From positions 1 to 50,701 of the forward strand of contig CALVXT010000001.1 of assembly GCA_944371545.1 (NCBI GenBank): a stretch of DNA of 50,701 nt. Direction: 5' to 3'. Both the position numbers and the translations under genes were made by a program. The notes beneath the pieces are model-generated. The model was not told the DNA's origin and searched no databases. It worked only from the letters and a program-made list of their open reading frames with translations. Shown here in pieces: positions 25,892-34,810 of this stretch (its first letter is position 1; every line of letters begins with the position of its first letter). The stretch comes from an uncultured Bacilli bacterium (GTDB taxonomy: Bacteria > Bacillota_I > Bacilli_A > RF39 > UBA660).

Positions 25892-26401
25892 TCACTTCTT
25901 TTCTAATTTTTTTTCATAATAATCATAATCTCCCGGATATTCTGCTTGAAAACTGCCAATATATTCAAAATTTAATTTTTCTAATAAATTTTTCATTTTT
26001 ATATTATTATGTTCAATGTCAATTTTTAAAATTTTCGCACGATTTTGTAAAGCTACTTTTTCGGCATATTCTAGTAGTTTTTTGCCTATTTGTTGTCTCC
26101 GGTAATCAAGTGATACACCTAATCGATGAATAACATAGGATTTTAAATTTGAACTACAAATATATTTGACATATTCATTTTCAAAATCTTCTGCTACATA
26201 AATTACACCTTTTATGATATTATCTTCTTCATAAACATATAAGTTTTCTTTCTTTATATCATTATAAAAATCATCATTACTAGGATATTCATTTATTGTT
26301 ATTCCCCATTGTGGATTATTCATATTTTTTAATTCAATTTTAATTTTTAAAATCATTTGATTAATTTGTGATAAATCATTTAAACTTGCTAATCTTATCA
26401 T
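25892..26401 (-). CDS. GNAT-family N-acetyltransferase
   Basis: Acetyl-CoA motif LGVSLDYRRQQIGKKLL, 169 aa. Confidence 0.75.
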   Translation of the reverse strand: MIRLASLNDLSQINQMILKIKIELKNMNNPQWGITINEYPSNDDFYNDIKKENLYVYEEDNIIKGVIYVAEDFENEYVKYICSSNLKSYVIHRLGVSLDYRRQQIGKKLLEYAEKVALQNRAKILKIDIEHNNIKMKNLLEKLNFEYIGSFQAEYPGDYDYYEKKLEKK

Positions 26402-26410
26402 ACAGCTTTC

Positions 26411-27766
26411 CTACTTTCCTAAACAAAATCTTTTAAAAATATTATCTACCAGTTCTTCTTCATAAGCTTCGCCTATAATTTTTCCTAAGTTTTCCCAAGC
26501 ATCTTTAATATCTATAGCAAGCATGTCTACGGGGATATCGTTTTTATTTTCTTCCATTACATGACTGATACTTTTTAAAGCTTGCTTTGCTAGAGAAATT
26601 TGACGAGTATTAAATAAAAAGCTTAAATCTTTATAACTCATATCTTCTAAAGAAAAACTTTTTAAAATTTCTTCTTTTAAATCATCTAATCCTCTATTTG
26701 TTTTCGTACTTCCATAAAGAATTTTTTTCAAAGTTTCTAAATCTTCTATTTTTGAATCTAAATCTACTTTGTTAATAAAAATAATTGCTTTCTGTTTTTC
26801 TATTTTTTCTAACAATTTTTTATCGTCTTTTGTTAATTTTTCATTGTTGTTTAAAACCAAAATGGTGATATCTGCTTGTTCTAGAATTTTCTTACTTTTT
26901 TCTACACCTATTTTTTCAACAGTATCTTCTGTATCTCGAATTCCAGCAGTATCGATAAAATTTAAATCGATTCCTTTGTATTCAATAGTTCCTTCCACAA
27001 TATCTCTAGTTGTACCGGATATATCTGTTACTATTGCTTTATCTTCTTCTAATAATGCGTTTAACAAAGATGATTTTCCTACATTTGGTCTTCCTATGAT
27101 TGCAATATTTATTCCATTTTTTATTTTTTTGCTATTTTCAGATTCTTCGACTATTTTTTGTAATTCATTTTTTATTTCAGTTAAAACTGGAGTAATATTT
27201 TCTTTGGTAATTTGTAACTCATCAATATATTCTGGATAATCAATATTTACCTCAATATTTGCAAGTAAGGAAACCATTTTTTCTCGCAAGTCTTGTATTA
27301 GTTTTGTTGTTTTGCCACTTACACCATTAATTGCCATTTTTCTTGCATTTTCATTTTTAGCTTCTAATAAATCTTCAATACTCTCTGCTTCTAATAAATT
27401 AATCCGCCCATTTAAAAAAGCTCTTTTTGTAAATTCACCAGGTTCTGCTTGTACTGCTCCATTTACATACAATAATTCTAGTATTTTATTAGCTGTTATA
27501 TTTCCTCCATGACAATTTATTTCTACTACATCCTCTTTTGTATAGGTTTTTGGAGCACGCATGAGCATTACTAATACTTCATCTATTACATTATCACCGT
27601 CTTTAATAAATCCGTAATGAATTGTATGAGATTCTGCATTTTTGAATTTTTTATTTGTAAAAATTTTACTAACAATTTCTACTGCTTCTGGTCCGCTTAC
27701 TCTAACTATATTGATAGCTCCTACTCCAATACTATTGGTTGAAATTGCGGCAATTGTTGAATCCAT
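26411..27766 (-). CDS. mnmE: tRNA modification GTPase MnmE (TrmE)
   Basis: G1 motif GRPNVGKSSLLN, G3 motif DTAGIR, and the C-terminal CLGK tetrapeptide. Confidence 0.95.
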   Translation of the reverse strand: MDSTIAAISTNSIGVGAINIVRVSGPEAVEIVSKIFTNKKFKNAESHTIHYGFIKDGDNVIDEVLVMLMRAPKTYTKEDVVEINCHGGNITANKILELLYVNGAVQAEPGEFTKRAFLNGRINLLEAESIEDLLEAKNENARKMAINGVSGKTTKLIQDLREKMVSLLANIEVNIDYPEYIDELQITKENITPVLTEIKNELQKIVEESENSKKIKNGINIAIIGRPNVGKSSLLNALLEEDKAIVTDISGTTRDIVEGTIEYKGIDLNFIDTAGIRDTEDTVEKIGVEKSKKILEQADITILVLNNNEKLTKDDKKLLEKIEKQKAIIFINKVDLDSKIEDLETLKKILYGSTKTNRGLDDLKEEILKSFSLEDMSYKDLSFLFNTRQISLAKQALKSISHVMEENKNDIPVDMLAIDIKDAWENLGKIIGEAYEEELVDNIFKRFCLGK

Positions 27767-27824
27767 AATATCACTTCCACTCGCGGGTATTATATCATTA
27801 TTTTGTTTATATGTAAAAAAAATT

Positions 27825-27838
27825 ATTTCCCGGGAAAT
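27825..27838. promoter_or_regulatory. Noc-binding-site (NBS) palindrome ATTTCCCGGGAAAT, intergenic mnmE-jag
   Basis: Exact match to the 14-bp B. subtilis NBS consensus. Embedded in the 22-bp palindrome AATTATTTCCCGGGAAATAATT (27821-27842). Confidence 0.75.
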
Positions 27839-27857
27839 AATTATTAAAAAAAACAGA

Positions 27858-28454
27858 TTACTCTGCTTTTATTACTATATGACGATGTGGTTCTTCTCCT
27901 TCACTTACTGTTGAAACTCCTTTAAAATTTGCTAATTTATTATGAATTATTCTTCTTTCGTAAGAGTTCATATCTTCTAAAATCACATCATTCTTTGTTT
28001 GTCTTACTTCTTTAGCCATTTTAATTGCTAGTCTTTCTAAGTTTGCAATTCTTTTTTCTTTATAATTTTCAACATCTAACACTATTTTAGGATGAACATG
28101 CCAATCCATATTTATTTTTGCTTTTACTAAAGTTTCTAAAGCTTTTAAAGTTTGTCCATTTTTTCCAATTAAAATTGGATTATTATCTGAGTACATAGTA
28201 ATATTAAATATTTCTTCATTAATACTCGTTTCAAACTTTACTTCTAGTCCTAATCCTTCAATGATTTCTTTTAAATAATTTTTTATTTCTTCTAGAATCT
28301 CTGGATAAGAAATTGCAGACACTTGATATAGTTTTCCTTTAAATAATCCGCCCTTTTTTTCTTCAGTTGTATAATAAATTTTGTCTGTATGAAGAAGATT
28401 TTTTGCTTCTTCTACTGCTTCAATTAACGTTTTAGCTTCTACTACCGTTGGCAT
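27858..28454 (-). CDS. jag: Jag/KhpB RNA-binding protein (KH + R3H domains)
   Basis: C-terminal R3H motif (ERRIIHNKL ... EPHRHIVI). Located downstream of yidC. Confidence 0.85.
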   Translation of the reverse strand: MPTVVEAKTLIEAVEEAKNLLHTDKIYYTTEEKKGGLFKGKLYQVSAISYPEILEEIKNYLKEIIEGLGLEVKFETSINEEIFNITMYSDNNPILIGKNGQTLKALETLVKAKINMDWHVHPKIVLDVENYKEKRIANLERLAIKMAKEVRQTKNDVILEDMNSYERRIIHNKLANFKGVSTVSEGEEPHRHIVIKAE

Positions 28455-28455
28455 T

Positions 28456-29484
28456 TTACTTCACTTCTTTCTTTTTCTTTTTTGTGTTATCCTTTTTTTC
28501 TTTATGTTTCACATCAATAACTTTTGGATCTTTTTGTTCTTTTGCTAAGATCTTTTTTATAACATAATTTTGAACTACTGAGAATCCATTAATTATAATC
28601 CAGTAAAATGCAATTGCAGTTGGTAAACTAAATGAGGCAATGGAAATACTTATAATCATAAACATTACCATAAAATTCATTTGTTTCATCATTTCATTAT
28701 TTTGATTACTTTTCATTGTATTTCTAAATGAAAGATATGTTGTTGCAACAATTAAGAAAATTAATACAATATAAATGTATTGCCCTTCTGCTAATCCTTT
28801 CCATGGTGTCATACCAAGATGCATACCAAATAATTCTCCTTCAAATATTGCTGGCACTTCATTAATTGCTGCTAAAAATGCAAAGAATAAAGGAATTTGA
28901 ATTAATGCTACTAAACATCCAGAAACTGGATTAATTTTGTATTTTTGGTAAACCATCATCGTTTCTTGACTTTTTGCCATCATTGAATCACTATCAGTTC
29001 TTCCAGCATATTTTTTTTCAATTCTCGCTATTTCAGGTTGAGCTTTTTGTAAATTTGTTGATTGTCTCATACTTTTAATTGATAATGGCATCAATACCAA
29101 ACGAATTAAAAGTCCAACAACCATTACGGAAATACCAAAATTGTTAAATAAAAATCCAACTTGTAAAATAATAAATGCTAGTGGTCTAACTAAAATAGCT
29201 TCCCATAAGCCATCATATTTATTTGAAGTTAAAGTAAATTCTTCACAGGTTGGTAACTCATTAACTGGTGTCTCCATTTGGTCTGCATGACTCTCATAGA
29301 TTTTATACAGTTCTGAATCTTTTTCTGGTTGACATAAAATATTTTTTTGAACACTTTGACCAGTCACTTCATTTACTAAAATATTCCCATTTTCATCTTT
29401 TAAATAATTATCTGATCCACAGCCACTTGTTAGAAAAATCATTCCTAACAAGATTAAAGCTAAAATTTTATTTTGTTTTTTCAT
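28456..29484 (-). CDS. yidC: YidC/SpoIIIJ/OxaA membrane protein insertase (lipoprotein form)
   Basis: Lipobox LTSGC, the 60-kDa inner-membrane-protein core (MMVYQKYKINPVSGCL), and a Lys-rich tail. Confidence 0.9.
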   Translation of the reverse strand: MKKQNKILALILLGMIFLTSGCGSDNYLKDENGNILVNEVTGQSVQKNILCQPEKDSELYKIYESHADQMETPVNELPTCEEFTLTSNKYDGLWEAILVRPLAFIILQVGFLFNNFGISVMVVGLLIRLVLMPLSIKSMRQSTNLQKAQPEIARIEKKYAGRTDSDSMMAKSQETMMVYQKYKINPVSGCLVALIQIPLFFAFLAAINEVPAIFEGELFGMHLGMTPWKGLAEGQYIYIVLIFLIVATTYLSFRNTMKSNQNNEMMKQMNFMVMFMIISISIASFSLPTAIAFYWIIINGFSVVQNYVIKKILAKEQKDPKVIDVKHKEKKDNTKKKKKEVK

Positions 29485-29833
29485 GTTTGCTCCTTTGTTT
29501 CATTAAATTTAGAAAGCTTTCTTGCATTTCTTTAAAGTTTAAATCACGAACACTTTCTTTCATTATTATAATATAATCTTCATTGTACTTCAAATCTTTT
29601 TTCCATTCATCTAAGATAAATCTCATTCTTCTTTTTAGCTTATTTCTAGTCACTGCGTTACCAAGTTTTTTTGATACAGCGATTCCATAATGTGGAAAAG
29701 TATATTTTCCTTTCCTTATATATATAGAAAAGTTTTTATTTTTTATATATCTTTCATTTTTAATGATTTCTGAAAATTCTTGATGAGATTTTATCATTTC
29801 TATTTTCTTCAAAAAAATGCTCCTTTCTTTCAT
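29468..29833 (-). CDS. rnpA: Ribonuclease P protein component
   Basis: Basic protein with the RNR-like motif (GNAVTRNKLKRRMR), between rpmH and yidC. An alternative start exists at 29797. Confidence 0.85.
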   Translation of the reverse strand: MKERSIFLKKIEMIKSHQEFSEIIKNERYIKNKNFSIYIRKGKYTFPHYGIAVSKKLGNAVTRNKLKRRMRFILDEWKKDLKYNEDYIIIMKESVRDLNFKEMQESFLNLMKQRSKHEKTK

Positions 29834-29834
29834 A

Positions 29835-29860
29835 TAAAAAAAGCCACATAAAAGATGTGG
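29835..29860 (-). terminator. Hairpin + T-run between rpmH and rnpA (terminator/attenuator)
   Basis: Minus strand reads CCACAT-CTTTT-ATGTGG, then C and T7. Confidence 0.6.
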
Positions 29861-29863
29861 TTT

Positions 29864-29986
29864 TTACTTACATAGTTTTTTACGTCCTTTTTTTCTTCTA
29901 CTTTTTAAAATGTTTGTTTCTTTACGAGCAAAAAATCCATGTTTCTTTGCTTTTTTACGTTTATTTGGTTGATAAGTTCCTACCAT
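29864..29986 (-). CDS. rpmH: 50S ribosomal protein L34 (40 aa), not in the ORF track
   Basis: Hand translation gives MVGTYQPNKRKKAKKHGFFARKETNILKSRRKKGRKKLCK. SD AGGAGGGAAG lies upstream. Canonical position next to rnpA and oriC. Confidence 0.9.
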   Translation of the reverse strand: MVGTYQPNKRKKAKKHGFFARKETNILKSRRKKGRKKLCK

Positions 29987-30072
29987 AGTTCTTCCCTCCT
30001 TTTTCCTAAAGCTCCCTTATTATAATATTAAAATCTAGAAAAAGTCAACAATTAGTGTATTATATAGGAAAT

Positions 30073-30230
30073 TGTGAATAATTGTCCACATATGCTATAA
30101 GCATTTTTTTCTTTATTTTCGTCACTTTTTCTTCAGTTATAAACATATTCACAGTATGTGGATAATTTATTTTCACATTATCCACTAATTCACATTAAAA
30201 ATTTTTTTGAAATGTTGATAATGTGGATAA
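30073..30230. promoter_or_regulatory. oriC left module: DnaA-box cluster upstream of dnaA
   Basis: Boxes against consensus TTATCCACA/TGTGGATAA: 30073 TGTGAATAA, 30082 TTGTCCACA, 30157 TGTGGATAA (perfect), 30178 TTATCCACT, 30222 TGTGGATAA (perfect). Confidence 0.85.
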
Positions 30231-30367
30231 GTGTATTTTTTTCTTTTATTATCTTGGTTTCTTTTGTTGATAAGTTGTGAATAGTGTGTTAGTATACATT
30301 TTAGTCTTTTAAATTGAAAGAAAAAAGTGTAGAATATTGTTGACAAATGTTAAAGCGGGGTGGTTTC

Positions 30368-31756
30368 ATGGGCGAAAAAGATCTTTGGCAATCTGTATTA
30401 GACGAGATATATCCAGAAGTTAATACCGCTTCTTTTCATGCTTGGTTTAATGATTTGAAGTTGATTAAAATACAAAATAATAAGGTTTTTATTCAAGTGC
30501 CTATGGAAATACATAAACGTATTTTAACCCAAAATTATTATACTTTATTAGATGATGCTTTTTATAAAATAACAAATCATAATTATGAATTTGAATTTTT
30601 ATTAAAAGAAGAAGTTGAAACTGAAGAGGAAAAAGAAACAGTCAATGTGGATAATGTGGATAACTTAGTAAATGTTGTTAATACACCGACTGTTACAGTT
30701 GAAAGAGAATGGGAATCAAACTTAATTCCTGATTTAAATTTTGATAATTATATAGTAGGGGACTCCAATAGACTGGCTAAAACGGCTGGAATGATTGTTG
30801 CTGAACAACCTGGAAAAGTTCATAATCCCTTATTTATATATGGTAAAAGTGGGTTAGGGAAGACTCATTTAATGCATGCAATAGGGAATTATATAGCTAC
30901 TCACTCTAATAAAAAGGTTTTATACACAACTAGTGAAATGTTTAAGGATGATTATATTAATATTATTAGTAATGAAAATAAAGGAAATAATATTCAGGTT
31001 GCTTCAGATTTTAAGAAGAAATATCGTGAAGTTGATGTGTTAATAATTGATGATATTCAATATTTAGTTGGAGCAGAGAAGACTCAACAGGAATTTTTCC
31101 ATACTTTTAATGCATTACATCAAGCAAATAAACAAATAATTATTAGTTCTGATCGTAGTCCTGATGACTTAAAATTATTAGAAGAGAGATTACGTAGTCG
31201 TTTTATGTGGGGACTACCTGTGGATATTTATCCACCGGATTTTGAACTTCGATGTAAAATTATTCGTTCAAAATTAAAAAATACTTCCATTGTTAATAAG
31301 ATTGATGAAAATGTTATTGAATACATTGCTAATAACTGTCAAAATGATGTTAGATTCCTTGAAGGGGCGGTAAATAGACTACTTGCATATACTGCAATGA
31401 TTGTACCAGAAGTTGTTGATTTAAACTTTGCTATTGAAGCTTTAGCGGACTTTGTGAATCATAATATTTATACACGTAGTAGTATTGAAGGAATTCAAAA
31501 AGCTGTCGCAGATTATTATAAAATCACTGTCGATGATTTAAAGGGAAAGAAAAGAAGCGCAAATATTGCTTATCCTAGGCAAATAGCTATGTATTTATCA
31601 AGAACACTTACTGAGGAAAACTTAAATCGTATCGGTTTAGAATTTGGTGGAAGAGATCATTCGACAGTTATCCACGCTTGTGATAAAATAACAAGTGATT
31701 TAAAGAAAAATCCTGCATTAGAACAGCAATTGAAGGAGATTCAAAATAAAATGTAA
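30368..31756 (+). CDS. dnaA: Chromosomal replication initiator protein DnaA
   Basis: AAA+ motifs (GKSGLGKTHL, LIIDDIQ) and the domain IV DnaA signature (IAYPRQIAMYL, GGRDHSTV). ATG 30368 lies behind GGGGTGG; the track ORF opens at 30347. Confidence 0.95.
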   Translation: MGEKDLWQSVLDEIYPEVNTASFHAWFNDLKLIKIQNNKVFIQVPMEIHKRILTQNYYTLLDDAFYKITNHNYEFEFLLKEEVETEEEKETVNVDNVDNLVNVVNTPTVTVEREWESNLIPDLNFDNYIVGDSNRLAKTAGMIVAEQPGKVHNPLFIYGKSGLGKTHLMHAIGNYIATHSNKKVLYTTSEMFKDDYINIISNENKGNNIQVASDFKKKYREVDVLIIDDIQYLVGAEKTQQEFFHTFNALHQANKQIIISSDRSPDDLKLLEERLRSRFMWGLPVDIYPPDFELRCKIIRSKLKNTSIVNKIDENVIEYIANNCQNDVRFLEGAVNRLLAYTAMIVPEVVDLNFAIEALADFVNHNIYTRSSIEGIQKAVADYYKITVDDLKGKKRSANIAYPRQIAMYLSRTLTEENLNRIGLEFGGRDHSTVIHACDKITSDLKKNPALEQQLKEIQNKM

Positions 31757-31855
31757 TGTGGATAATTTTTATTGATGTGAATAATTATGCACATGAAAAT
31801 TCGACAAAATCTTTAAGTTTTAAAGGAATTTTAAGAGTTATGCACATTATCCACA
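31757..31855. promoter_or_regulatory. oriC right module: DnaA-box cluster between dnaA and dnaN, followed by an AT-rich stretch
   Basis: Boxes: 31757 TGTGGATAA (perfect), 31776 TGTGAATAA, 31785 TTATGCACA, 31838 TTATGCACA, 31847 TTATCCACA (perfect). A nearly pure A/T stretch follows at 31856-31890 and is a candidate unwinding element. Confidence 0.8.
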
Positions 31856-31905
31856 TCATTAATAATATGAATATATAATTATAAAATAAGAAAGAGGGAA
31901 AGATT

Positions 31906-33024
31906 ATGAAATTTGCAATTGAGAAAAACATATTATTAGAAAATTTAAATAATGTTGTTAGAGGGATATCAACAAAGAATGTTATTCCTGTATTAAATGG
32001 TATTAAATTTGAATTAAAAGAGGATGGTTTAACTTTAACAGCTAGTGATAGTGAATTAACTATAGAATCTTTTATTGAAAGTAAGTTAATACGTAATATA
32101 GAAAGTACAGGTACTATTATTATTAGTAGTAAATATATTTTAGATATTATTCGTAAAATGCCTAGTGATATTATTAACTTTGAAATGATGGATAGTTTAA
32201 AAATTAAAATTTATTCAGATTTTAATCAATATAATTTAAATTGTTTAGATCCAACAGAATATCCAGCTATTAAGTTGATAACTCATAAAGATCCTATTGT
32301 AATTAAAGCGGATGTTTTAAAAGAATTAATAAATCAAACTTCTTTTGCTATATCTACTCAAGAATTACGCCCTATATTAACTGGTTTAAATATGAAAATT
32401 AATGGAGATTTATTCGAAGTTATTGCTACAGATTCTTATCGTTTGGCTAAGAAAAATATTAAATTAGATACTCCTGTAGATACTGATGTAAACATTGTTA
32501 TTCCAGGAAAAAATATTACCGAGTTAGAGCATATTTTAGTTGATGATGAAGAAGTTTATATGAATGTATTTAATAATCGAGTATTATTTCAATATAAAAA
32601 TATTAAATTTCAAACAAATATTTTATCAGGAAGTTATCCAAATACCTCTAATTTAATTCCAACAGAATTTGAAATTATTGTACAAACAAAGAAAAGTGAA
32701 TTTATGGGAGCTGTAGATCGTGCTGCTTTATTGACTCAAGGTAAAGATAAAAATATTATAAAAATGAAGATTGAAAATAAAGAAATGATTATTAATTCAT
32801 ATGCTTCTGAAATAGGTAAAACAGAGGAGAGAGTAGCTATAGATACGGATGAAAAGTCAACAATTGATATTTCTTTCAGTGCTCGTTATATGATGGATGC
32901 TTTAAAAACTATTAAAGATGAAGATATTTTAATTCTTTTAAATAATGATGTTAAACCTATAGTACTTAAATCTTTAACAGATGAAAGTTTAATTCAATTA
33001 ATTTTACCTATAAAAACATACTAA
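31906..33024 (+). CDS. dnaN: DNA polymerase III beta sliding clamp
   Basis: Full-length beta-clamp similarity (ATDSYRLA, ILPIKTY C-terminus), downstream of dnaA. Confidence 0.95.
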   Translation: MKFAIEKNILLENLNNVVRGISTKNVIPVLNGIKFELKEDGLTLTASDSELTIESFIESKLIRNIESTGTIIISSKYILDIIRKMPSDIINFEMMDSLKIKIYSDFNQYNLNCLDPTEYPAIKLITHKDPIVIKADVLKELINQTSFAISTQELRPILTGLNMKINGDLFEVIATDSYRLAKKNIKLDTPVDTDVNIVIPGKNITELEHILVDDEEVYMNVFNNRVLFQYKNIKFQTNILSGSYPNTSNLIPTEFEIIVQTKKSEFMGAVDRAALLTQGKDKNIIKMKIENKEMIINSYASEIGKTEERVAIDTDEKSTIDISFSARYMMDALKTIKDEDILILLNNDVKPIVLKSLTDESLIQLILPIKTY

Positions 33025-33025
33025 G

Positions 33026-33046
33026 ACTGTCAAATGGCAGTTTTTT
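33026..33046 (+). terminator. Rho-independent terminator after dnaN
   Basis: ACTGTC-AAAT-GGCAGT hairpin followed by T6. Confidence 0.65.
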
Positions 33047-33152
33047 GTTTTAAAAATTAATAAATTTAAAATTTGTTTTCTTTTTTTCGACATTTTTTTT
33101 CTCTTTTATATGGTAGGGTAAGAACAATTTTCATATGAATGGGGGAAAAATT

Positions 33153-33614
33153 ATGCAAACACAATATGAAATTAATGATGAAACTATGGCAATTTTAACT
33201 ATTGATAAAAATTATTCAGAAGTTTATGAGATGAATGACCATTATATTGTTGAACAGGCTTCAAATAAAATTATGGAAGATAGTTGTCGTTATTTCGGGA
33301 GTTCTTTAGAGGGGAGAAGGAAAGGTACGGAATATATGATTGGAGTTAACTATAAAGCTCCAATTATTGTGGAAGAATCTAAAGAAATTATTTTTTTTCC
33401 AACTTCTAGTACTCGAGAAAATAGTAATTGGATTCGTTTAAAATATATTAAATCTTATTACCGTGATGGTGATGTCATTTTTATTGTTTTTGAAAATGGT
33501 ACAAAAATTGCTATAAAAACGTCTTATGGAATTATCGATAATCAAGTTTTACGAGCTACGCGGTTAGAAAGTGCTTTAAGAGGGCGAAAAACATCAAAAA
33601 AAACTGTTATGTAG
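33153..33614 (+). CDS. comK: ComK-family competence transcription factor
   Basis: Matches to B. subtilis ComK: SCRYFGSSLEGRRKGT vs SCRFFGSSYAGRKAGT, KAPIIVEESKEIIFFPTSS vs KPPIMVDPSNQIFLFPTLS, and NQVLRATRL vs NQVYRTAWL. ATG 33153 lies behind GGGGGA. Confidence 0.85.
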   Translation: MQTQYEINDETMAILTIDKNYSEVYEMNDHYIVEQASNKIMEDSCRYFGSSLEGRRKGTEYMIGVNYKAPIIVEESKEIIFFPTSSTRENSNWIRLKYIKSYYRDGDVIFIVFENGTKIAIKTSYGIIDNQVLRATRLESALRGRKTSKKTVM

Positions 33615-33637
33615 GCTTCTTTTGTGATATAATGTAT

Positions 33638-33672
33638 ATAGGTATAGGAGTATTAGTATACCTATATTTTTT
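33638..33672 (+). terminator. Rho-independent terminator after comK
   Basis: 9-bp stem ATAGGTATA / TATACCTAT with a 10-nt loop, then A and T6. Confidence 0.65.
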
Positions 33673-33700
33673 CTATAAATAAAAATTAAGGGGCAAAAAT

Positions 33701-34810
33701 ATGAGGATTGATGTTTTAAAGTTATATAATTTTAGAAATTATAATCGGTTAACTATATCTTTTCATCCAAATCTTAATCTTATTTATGGAAAGAATGGTT
33801 CTGGAAAAACAAATTTAGTTGAAGCTATTTATGTTTTAGCTTTAACAAGAAGTTTTCGCTTAGTAGGGGATAAAACGCTTATTTTAGATACAACTTCGAT
33901 GTGTAAGATTGAGGGAACTGTTTTTAATACATATAGTACAAATTATCAAATTTTGCTGAGTAAAGAAGGAAAAAAAGTTCAAATCAATCATGATAAAGTT
34001 GCTAAAATATCAGATTATGTTTCTAAAATTCCTATTGTTTTGTTTCATCCAGATGATTTAAGATTTATTAAAGATACTCCAAGTACCCGGAGAAAGACAA
34101 TAAATATTTCTATTTCTTTATTGGATTTGCCTTATTTACGTTATTTAAATCTTTATAATAAGTTATTGAAACAAAGAAATGCTTATTTAAAGCAAATGAG
34201 TGTTAATGGAAATTCTTCTTCTGATTATCTTACTATTTTGACAGATAAACTTATTCAGTATGGATGTTATATTCATAAGAAAAGACAAGAATTTTTAGTA
34301 AAAATTAATTCTTATATTTCTTCTTTTTATGAGAAAATTACAGGAATTAAAGGTTTAACATTAAAATATGTTTCTTCTTATAATGATTTAAATAGCGATG
34401 AAATAAGGAATTTGTATGAAAAGTCATTATCTAAGGATTTAACTTTTGGAAAAACCGCTATTGGAGTTCATATGGATGATATAAAGTTTTATTTGAATGA
34501 TAAAGATTTAAAAGAATACGGAAGTGAAGGTCAGCAAAAAAATGCGATTATTGCTTATAAATTTAGTGAAATAGAGGTATTTAAAGAATGTAAGGGATAT
34601 TATCCAATATTAATATTAGATGATTTGTTTAGTGAATTAGATGAGGAAAAAGTACAAAATATTTTAAGTTTATTAAAAACTGAAATTCAAACTTTTATTA
34701 CGACAACGGATGTGGATAAGCTTTCTTTTTTACCTTATCTTTCTTATAAACAAATTCATATTCAGAATGGAAAAGTAGTGGAGGAGAGTGAACATGAAAG
34801 AAGAAAATAA
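33701..34810 (+). CDS. recF: DNA replication and repair protein RecF
   Basis: Walker [14 protein letters not shown], the SMC-like signature SEGQQK, and Walker [12 protein letters not shown]. Confidence 0.95.
   Translation: MRIDVLKLYNFRNYNRLTISFHPNLNLIYGKNGSGKTNLVEAIYVLALTRSFRLVGDKTLILDTTSMCKIEGTVFNTYSTNYQILLSKEGKKVQINHDKVAKISDYVSKIPIVLFHPDDLRFIKDTPSTRRKTINISISLLDLPYLRYLNLYNKLLKQRNAYLKQMSVNGNSSSDYLTILTDKLIQYGCYIHKKRQEFLVKINSYISSFYEKITGIKGLTLKYVSSYNDLNSDEIRNLYEKSLSKDLTFGKTAIGVHMDDIKFYLNDKDLKEYGSEGQQKNAIIAYKFSEIEVFKECKGYYPILILDDLFSELDEEKVQNILSLLKTEIQTFITTTDVDKLSFLPYLSYKQIHIQNGKVVEESEHERRK

Noticed and set aside
25892-26401. GNAT acetyltransferase inserted between mnmG and mnmE as a possible accessory module.
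   Set aside because: It is a single ordinary GNAT gene in the same orientation with tight spacing and no partner genes. This is not unusual enough to flag.
24446-27914. Plus-strand track ORFs antisense to mnmG and mnmE (24446-24694, 24818-25036, 26769-27239, 27312-27512, 27642-27914).
   Set aside because: Same reasoning as the other antisense ORFs: they lie opposite highly conserved genes. The last one merely reads through the NBS palindrome.
33622-33633. Extended -10-like TGATATAAT just after comK as a recF promoter.
   Set aside because: It lies immediately upstream of the comK terminator hairpin, so transcripts from it would run straight into the terminator. No -35 element was seen. It is too weak to call.
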